From the IMG/VR virus record IMGVR_UViG_3300027764_000011, positions 1 to 40,100 of that record: a DNA stretch of 40,100 bases. One strand, given 5' to 3'. Below, piece by piece: positions 33,435 through 40,100 of this stretch; position 1 is the first letter of the stretch; each line of letters starts with the position of its first letter. The DNA is from a virus. Lineage: Duplodnaviria > Caudoviricetes. Under the pieces are notes generated by a model, which worked only from the letters and a program-made list of their open reading frames with translations, did no database searches and was not told the origin of the DNA. The position numbers and the translations under genes were made by a program.

Positions 33435-35032
33435 TGGATGTCAAACCTAAAATATCCACGGTAGTTGAAAGTCAACTACCAGAATTTATTAGAGAAGATT
33501 ATCGTCAGGTTGATGGCTCTGATGGTAAATTCGTATTATTCCTAAAGGCATACTACGAATTTCTGGAACAAACTGAGAATAGAGATCTCAAATCAAATAG
33601 AGATCTCGATGACACGTTTGATACCTTCCTCCAATATTTTAAGAATGAGTTAGCAACTAATCTACCAAATGTATTGGTGGATGATAGATTCATTTTAGGA
33701 AAGATGAAAGAAACTTACCTTGCGAAAGGTACAGAGGCGTCTTTCAAATTATTGTTTAGATTGCTATACGATAAAGAAGTTATCATTGACTACCCGTCAA
33801 CGCAATTACTGAAAGCGTCAGATGGTATCTGGGAACAAGAAGTTTCTATTTTTGTAAATTATAGAATCGGTGATCCAAACGTTCTTGTTAATAATACCGT
33901 ACAGATCGTTGGTAGAATTAAGACGGTCAACGTAAGCATTATCCGAGTATCAATTATTGATTCTGTCAATAAGATAGCTGAGTTGTTTGTTGATAAAAGG
34001 TTCTACGGTTCTATTAACGTTGGTGATCTGTTAACGTTTGGACTGTTGTTTGAATCAACGGTTCTTCCAACAACATCTAAATTGAGTATCGTTGATGTTG
34101 GTGCTAAATTTAAAGTCGGTGATGTATTTCTTATTACAGATACCGGAGTTGGTTCTGGTTCATTATTAAAGGTTGTTAGAACAGATTCGCTGGGTGGTAT
34201 TTTAAACGCTCAATTCATTCAGTTCGGCTATACCTATTCATCATCGTTTGAAGTCGATTTGATTCAAGATGATACTAATAATAACGCAGTGGTGAGTATC
34301 ACGCTTGGTCCTGTGGCTAAATATCCAGGACACTATAGTAATAATCAGGGCTTCTTGAATGATGCGATTTATATTCAAGACGGATATAGATATCAGGCAT
34401 ACTCATACATATTAAAGATTGATGAGAAGTTAGAATCATACAAGACAGCGGTGAAGTCTTTAGTTCACCCATCTGGTATGGCTTTGTTTGGCCAGTATGA
34501 AATAAATAATAACTTTGACGTGAGTCAGACATTTATCGTTGAGTATGATGATACATCGTTCTTGTATCCATTCACGCTCAATATCGTTCTTATTGAACCG
34601 CTACATATATTTGACTCTCCAATCAATCATCAATTTAGAACTACATTTGTAACTAATGGTGCCGCCAAAACTCTTAATAAATATCCTTTAGATACCGTTA
34701 GTATAGAAACAGTTTATGGTTTAGCGAAGTATGTAACTAAATCTCCGTTTTATGATTCTCAGTCTTTATTTGATTTGCGAACAAGTCAGGTTGGAAAGGT
34801 ATTAAACGAATCCGTTACACAATCAGAGCGTAAAGTATTTTCTATTCAAAAGGCGTTAAGCGATACGGTTCCGCTCCCAGAAAGGCTTACATATGCACTA
34901 AATATCATTATACCGACTGATTATTTTTCTTTAACTAATTCAGGGTATGTTGAAAAAGATCCATACGTTGAACCAACATACACAAGTCAACAATATTCCG
35001 GTAATACTACCGGACCAGAATTTACTGCCTAA
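33434..35032 (+). CDS. baseplate wedge subunit gp7-like
   Basis: QLPEFIRE, FLKAYYEFLE, Y.AKGTE.S.K.LFR.LY, IQD...YQ.YSY, HP.G...FG. Confidence 0.8.
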   Translation: MDVKPKISTVVESQLPEFIREDYRQVDGSDGKFVLFLKAYYEFLEQTENRDLKSNRDLDDTFDTFLQYFKNELATNLPNVLVDDRFILGKMKETYLAKGTEASFKLLFRLLYDKEVIIDYPSTQLLKASDGIWEQEVSIFVNYRIGDPNVLVNNTVQIVGRIKTVNVSIIRVSIIDSVNKIAELFVDKRFYGSINVGDLLTFGLLFESTVLPTTSKLSIVDVGAKFKVGDVFLITDTGVGSGSLLKVVRTDSLGGILNAQFIQFGYTYSSSFEVDLIQDDTNNNAVVSITLGPVAKYPGHYSNNQGFLNDAIYIQDGYRYQAYSYILKIDEKLESYKTAVKSLVHPSGMALFGQYEINNNFDVSQTFIVEYDDTSFLYPFTLNIVLIEPLHIFDSPINHQFRTTFVTNGAAKTLNKYPLDTVSIETVYGLAKYVTKSPFYDSQSLFDLRTSQVGKVLNESVTQSERKVFSIQKALSDTVPLPERLTYALNIIIPTDYFSLTNSGYVEKDPYVEPTYTSQQYSGNTTGPEFTA

Positions 35033-35047
35033 CCAAAGGGGAACTCA

Positions 35048-36121
35048 ATGAGCCAAATTTCTGAAGATGTAAAAATGAAAGGCGAACTTAGAATCGTCAA
35101 ACGTAATATACTCGGAGAGATTCTCCAAGAAGTCACCGTACCAAACTTGGTAGTGACAACAGGTAAAACTTTTATCGCTAACCGCATGACATCAGTTGCC
35201 ACAACTGGCATTATGACATACATGGGAATCGGTGGTATCATTCAATGGCCAGTGGGTAATTTAGTTGCCACTAAACAATATGTAATCGGTTTCGTTGGTA
35301 CAACTGATTTTACTTTGTTGGGTGCTGCTGCTAATACCGTTGGTACAGTATTCACCTGTTCAGGTGGCGCTCAGTCTGGTACTGGTTGGGCTTCGCCCGT
35401 ATTGACCGCTGGATTCTTCGTTGTTGGTCAGGCATATACAATCGTTTCTGCTGGTTCAACAAGTTTTACCGCAATCGGTGCTGCTAATAATACAGTTGGT
35501 ACAACGTTCGTCGCCACTGGCGTGGGTTCAGGTACTGGTACTGCGTCAACATCGCAAGTTACAATTGCCGCACCTGCAATCACTGATACGACTTTGAACA
35601 ACGAACAGTTACGTCAACCGCTAACTCCAATTGCAGCAACAGCAATGGTTAATGGCACGACATATACAATTTTGACCGTTGGTACAAGCTCATATACTTC
35701 ATCGGGCGCAACTTCAAATACTGTTGGTGTGACTTTCGAGAAAACTGGTGCTGCGGTTACGGGTACGGGTACTGTTATTAGTGGCGGTACATCATCGGCT
35801 AACACAGTTACATATGGTGCTTCGTTTGGTCCTACAGTTGCCGGTAACTTTATCGTTGGTCAAACATATACCATCGCTTCAGTTGGAACAACCAGCTTTA
35901 CAGCGATCGGTGCTACATCAAATACTATTGGTGTGACGTTTGTGGCTACTGGCGTTGGTTCGGGTACTGGAACCGCAGGAACTCCAATCGCTTTGTTTGA
36001 AGCTGGGTTGTTTGCAACTACAACGTTTGGTTCAAACATGTTATGTCGTACTAACTATAGTATCATTACTAAAAATGCCGGTGACTCTATTGCAATCACT
36101 TGGGTCGTCACTGTAGCTTAA
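35048..36121 (+). CDS. baseplate/tail virion protein with four inserted ~45-aa modules
   Basis: Core NLVVT.G...IA.RM...EAGLF...ML.RT...I.W interrupted by F.VG..Y.I...GT.F...GA..N.VG..F repeats. Confidence 0.75.
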   Translation: MSQISEDVKMKGELRIVKRNILGEILQEVTVPNLVVTTGKTFIANRMTSVATTGIMTYMGIGGIIQWPVGNLVATKQYVIGFVGTTDFTLLGAAANTVGTVFTCSGGAQSGTGWASPVLTAGFFVVGQAYTIVSAGSTSFTAIGAANNTVGTTFVATGVGSGTGTASTSQVTIAAPAITDTTLNNEQLRQPLTPIAATAMVNGTTYTILTVGTSSYTSSGATSNTVGVTFEKTGAAVTGTGTVISGGTSSANTVTYGASFGPTVAGNFIVGQTYTIASVGTTSFTAIGATSNTIGVTFVATGVGSGTGTAGTPIALFEAGLFATTTFGSNMLCRTNYSIITKNAGDSIAITWVVTVA

Positions 36122-36157
36122 TTTACAACCTCAATACAATCTTTCTACGGATTATAA

Positions 36158-39066
36158 ATGGAATCAGCACTAATCAAAACGACCCTTCATAATTCTATAG
36201 CAGAAGGATTGTATAAAGAGATTGTAAATAGAACTTCGAGATATTACATTTCTTAGGTAAAACAATCAGTTGGACGGATGACGCAACTCCTCCGTTCGCC
36301 ACTGACGACATTGCCTACGAAATGGATACTCGCAGGGATATTATCACAACTAAACAAATCGTGCCCTCTGACGTATCATTTGTTGTAAACCGAATCAACT
36401 GGACTTCCGGTAATGTTTACGACATGTATGATGATAAATATTCAGATCGTGTAATTGGTGTAAATCTACAATCATCTAGCTCAGGACACTCTGATGCTTC
36501 TCCTCCAACTATCACGTTTGGAGATTGTAACTGTACTGGAGGAACCGCTTGGGTTGCTTCAGCCTCAGTAAACATGGGCGATATTCTGTACGTTGGTACT
36601 AGATATTATACATACACAGCGTTATCTGCCGGAACTTTAGGTTCTGTTGCTCCAACGCATACCACTGGAACGGTAAGCAATTTAACAGCAGTGACAATAT
36701 GGACTGCTTCGGCTTCTGTTATTGCCAATCAAATTGTATTCGTTTCAAACCGATACTATAAAGTCATATCAATCGGAACTCTTGGTGTTACTGTACCAAC
36801 GCATACTTCGGGTGTAACAAGTAATCTATTATATCTTGGTACATTACCAAACGTGGCAACGGCTAATGCCATTGTTGTTTCAGGTCAGATCACCTCAATC
36901 ATCATGGATAACCTTGGCTATGGTTATACCTCGGCGCCAACGGTTCGATTCTCCGGTTCAAACGGAACATCACCAACAGTCACATCAATCATTGGTAAAG
37001 CTGCCTCGGGCGCACAAAAATTAGAAGATTCGTTGTACTACGTTCTTACTGATGATTATTATGTCTATAAATGTCTCGACAATAACAACAACGCATTATC
37101 AACAATCAAACCCTACGGAACAGATCCAATCAACGCCATTACAACAGCTGATGGATATGTTTGGAAATTCTTATATGTTGTTCCTCCAGCGTTAAAGAAT
37201 AAGTTTCTGACTACAACTCAGATGCCAGTTCTTAACTCACTCAAGTCTGCATTCTATTCTGACGGAGAAGTGCTTCAAGTAAACGTAACTAACTCGGGGG
37301 CTGGATATACTTACGCCTCGGCCACGATTGAGGGTGATGGATATTCACCTAAAGATCCAGTGTACATTATGAAAGAAGTTACAGTGCTGAATGGTGGAAC
37401 GGGTTATACGACTCCGGTTGTTACGGTATCTCCACCATTTGTAGGCATAACAGCATGGACTTCGGCTGCTGTTGGAACAATCAATCAAAAGTTTAGCTAT
37501 GGTAATAACATCTATCGTGTAGCCATTGCAGGTACATTTGGTACAAGCCCTCCGGTTCATGTGGATGGCTTCGCTAATAATGGAAGTGCAGCCTTAGAAT
37601 TTATTGGTGAAACTCCAACGGCAACCGCTACAACGGTTGGTGGAGTTATTAAGTTTATCAACTTGATCGGGCGAGTAAGAGCAGCCAGAGTTATAGTTGG
37701 CGGTTCGGGTTACACTAAGGCTCCTGACGTTATTATTTCTGCTGGTGGTGGGGCGAATGCTCGCGGATCAGCAAGAATTCTTAATGGTGCGGTCATTGCA
37801 ATCGATATTTCAAATGAAGGGGTTGGTTACACTTCAGATCCAGAAATTCAAATTGGTACCGCATGGCAAGAGGGCGGAGTTGTTGTATCAACCACAGATC
37901 AAATATTCTACGGTAAATATCTATACACAGTTACATCGGGCGGCACTTTAAACCCAATAACTCCTCCTACTCATACCTCTGGTTCAGCCACAAACGGTTC
38001 AACCACTCTTGCTTACGCTGGAATTGCCGCCAATGCTGAAATCATTTTAAGATACGGGCGAGGCTATTCTTCAACTCCAACAATAACTGTTACGGGTGGA
38101 AGTAACGCATCGGTACAGGCGGCAACGGTAAAATCAAACGCCACAATTATTCCTATTGTGAGTAATGGGCAAATTGTTGACGTTCAAATTATCGATCCTG
38201 GTATCGGTTATACAAACGCTCTGATTACCATGTATGGTGACGGAAGTCAAGCAGCAACACTCACAGCAGATTTCTCATACGGTAATCTAGAAACACTTCA
38301 ATCCAACGTTGAGTTGTTAACTATTGACGGTGCCATTCGAGCAATTCCAGTTATATCCGGTGGATTTTCTTATACCGGAATTACCTCGGTAACAATTACT
38401 GGCGATGGTACTGGAGCAACTGTATTACCATCAGACGTAACGATAGTGAACGGTAAGATCACTAAAATTAAAGTGACGACTGCTGGTTCCGGATACCGCT
38501 GGGCGAATATCACAATTAACGGTAATGGTATTGGTGCTTCTGCTAGAGCAATTATTTCTCCAGTGGGTGGTCATGGTAAAAATGCGATCAATGAATTGTT
38601 CGCAAGAACCCTCGTGTTCTATAATACTATCGCCGGAGAAAAGAATCAGGGCTTTGATGTATCAAATGACTATCGTCAACTTGGTATTATCAAAAATCCT
38701 AAACAATACAGCAGCATAAATAATTATATCCAGAGCATTGGATCATCCTGTTGGGTAATCGGCGGCGTAATCAATATTCTGACGTTTTTGAAAGATACGG
38801 ATTTGGTTGATGCGAACGGTAAACGATACAGAGTTGTGAACGCAACATCAACAAGCGCATTACTACAATCGCTTGATAATGCTGTTCCTACGATAGGCAC
38901 TATTTTTTATAAAGCAACCAATAACCTACAATTCTTTACTGCCACGGCAGTAACGCCCCCAACGTTTGATAAATACTCTGGCGACATGTTATACATAGAT
39001 AATAGAGCAGCATTTCAGCCAGCCAAAGATGAGACTATTTCTTTAAGAACGGTCATAAAGTTTTAA
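36158..39066 (+). CDS. gp8: baseplate wedge gp8-like protein, with a 1-nt frameshift near 36248 in this sequence
   Basis: ATG 36158 reads MESALIK...RTSRYY; the -1 frame continues FLGKTISW... into ORF 36322-39066, which has R.NWTSG..YDMY, VYKCLDNN, DGY.WKFLY, GGHG.N...EL, SG...YIDNR. Confidence 0.85.
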
Positions 39067-39072
39067 TAAATA
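39065..39072 (+). promoter_or_regulatory. probable late promoter
   Basis: AATAAATA at the gp8 stop, upstream of the next gene. Confidence 0.55.
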
Positions 39073-39107
39073 AACCATCAAAACAACTATTGTAAAGAGT
39101 TAAAAGA

Positions 39108-40100
39108 ATGATAAACTGGAACACCGAGCCGTATAATGATGATTATGAAGAAGCTAAAAAATTCTACAGAATCATCTTTCGCCCTGGATATGCGGTTCAG
39201 GCCAGAGAGCTAACTCAACTTCAAACTATCCTTCAGAATCAAATCTCCAGACATGGCGATAGTATATTCAAACAAGGCGCAATGGTTGTTCCTGGTCAGA
39301 TTTCTTATGATCAGGATTTCGCTTTTGTAAAATTAAATTCTTTATTCTCTACCGATACCTCGGCGTTCGTTGAGGGTATTACCGTGACCGGACAAACATC
39401 TGGTGTCACAGCTCAAATCCTTAAAGTTGTTAACGATGGTTCTTTAGCCTACCCAACCTTGTATGTTCGTTATACAAACACCGGAACTAACGCAGGTACT
39501 AAGGTATTTGCTGATGGTGAGGTTATTCAGACTCCCACATTCAATCAGGTAGAATCAATTGACTCTGGTTCTACTGGCGTTGGTTCTGCCGTGGTTATCA
39601 ATCAAGGTGTATACTACATCAATGGTAACTTCGTATTGGTTGAGCCACAAAGTTTGATTCTTGACGCATACACAAAGACTCCTTCTTACAGAGTTGGTCT
39701 TAATGTTATTGAGAAAGTCGTTACTCCGGATGATGATGAAACATTGTTAGACAACGCTCAGACTTCATACAACTTTGCCGCACCTGGTGCTCACCGTTAT
39801 TACATTGAACTTACACTCGGTAAACTGGCTATTGATTCAGTGGCTGACGCTGGCTTTGTGGAATTGCTTCGTGTGGAAGACGGTTCGATTAAAAGCAAAG
39901 TATCTAAAACAGAATATTCAATTCTCGAAAAGACCCTCGCTCGCAGAACGTATGACGAGTCAGGTAACTTTTCTGTAACAGATTTCCCACTTGACGTTCG
40001 TGAGTACAGAGATAACAATAGACTCGCATGGACTTCAGGCGTTCAATACCTTATCGGTGATATCGTCACAAGCAACGGTAACACATACGTTGCTAAAAAC
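39108..40100 (+). CDS. VrlC/DUF4815-like virion structural protein, 3'-truncated
   Basis: Missing from the track because it has no stop in the window. MINWNTEPYNDDY...FRPG.AVQARELTQLQ.ILQNQI, APGAHR, LARRTYDESG. Confidence 0.9.
   Translation, partial: MINWNTEPYNDDYEEAKKFYRIIFRPGYAVQARELTQLQTILQNQISRHGDSIFKQGAMVVPGQISYDQDFAFVKLNSLFSTDTSAFVEGITVTGQTSGVTAQILKVVNDGSLAYPTLYVRYTNTGTNAGTKVFADGEVIQTPTFNQVESIDSGSTGVGSAVVINQGVYYINGNFVLVEPQSLILDAYTKTPSYRVGLNVIEKVVTPDDDETLLDNAQTSYNFAAPGAHRYYIELTLGKLAIDSVADAGFVELLRVEDGSIKSKVSKTEYSILEKTLARRTYDESGNFSVTDFPLDVREYRDNNRLAWTSGVQYLIGDIVTSNGNTYVAKN

Noticed and set aside
35250-35985. Repeated modules as DGR template/variable repeats
   Set aside because: All copies are in-frame coding, differences are not confined to adenines, and no reverse transcriptase is present in the window.
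36254-36256. TAG in gp8 as evidence of stop-codon reassignment
   Set aside because: Readthrough stays in the wrong frame and hits TAA soon after; long genes elsewhere are intact in the standard code.

Overview
This 40.1 kb window comes from a T4-like myovirus (contractile-tailed Caudoviricetes) resembling uncultured aquatic T4-like phages; the host cannot be read from the sequence. Standard genetic code. Layout: (1) 1-1081: end of a SleB-type cell wall hydrolase, ClpP, tRNA-Arg(UCU) and a small ORF. (2) 1.2-5.6 kb: accessory early genes driven by a repeated sigma70-type promoter cassette. (3) gp33-gp59-gp32 and a bidirectional terminator. (4) Minus-strand block gp4-gp2-gp54-terS(gp16)-gp26-gp51-tape-measure-like. 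(5) Plus-strand baseplate operon gp48-gp53-gp27-like-gp5-PAAR, then an ~11 kb carbohydrate-active block, then gp25-gp6-gp7-like-gp8 and a VrlC/DUF4815-like gene running off the end. The best candidate for an undescribed system is the block at 20.0-31.2 kb, directly behind the PAAR spike tip. It encodes a GH8-like (alpha/alpha)6 protein apparently split in two halves, an SGNH esterase and an Ig-like + GH5 endoglucanase, and some domains appear to be cut across TAATG gene junctions. It may be a virion-borne apparatus for degrading acetylated cellulose or another exopolysaccharide. Also notable: a candidate -1 programmed frameshift fusing gp26 to gp51 just upstream of the tape-measure-like gene, a gp5 with two peptidoglycan hydrolase domains, a displaced terS, small mobile modules inserted in several virion proteins, and a 1-nt frameshift in gp8. 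All family calls come from motif recognition and gene order, not database searches.
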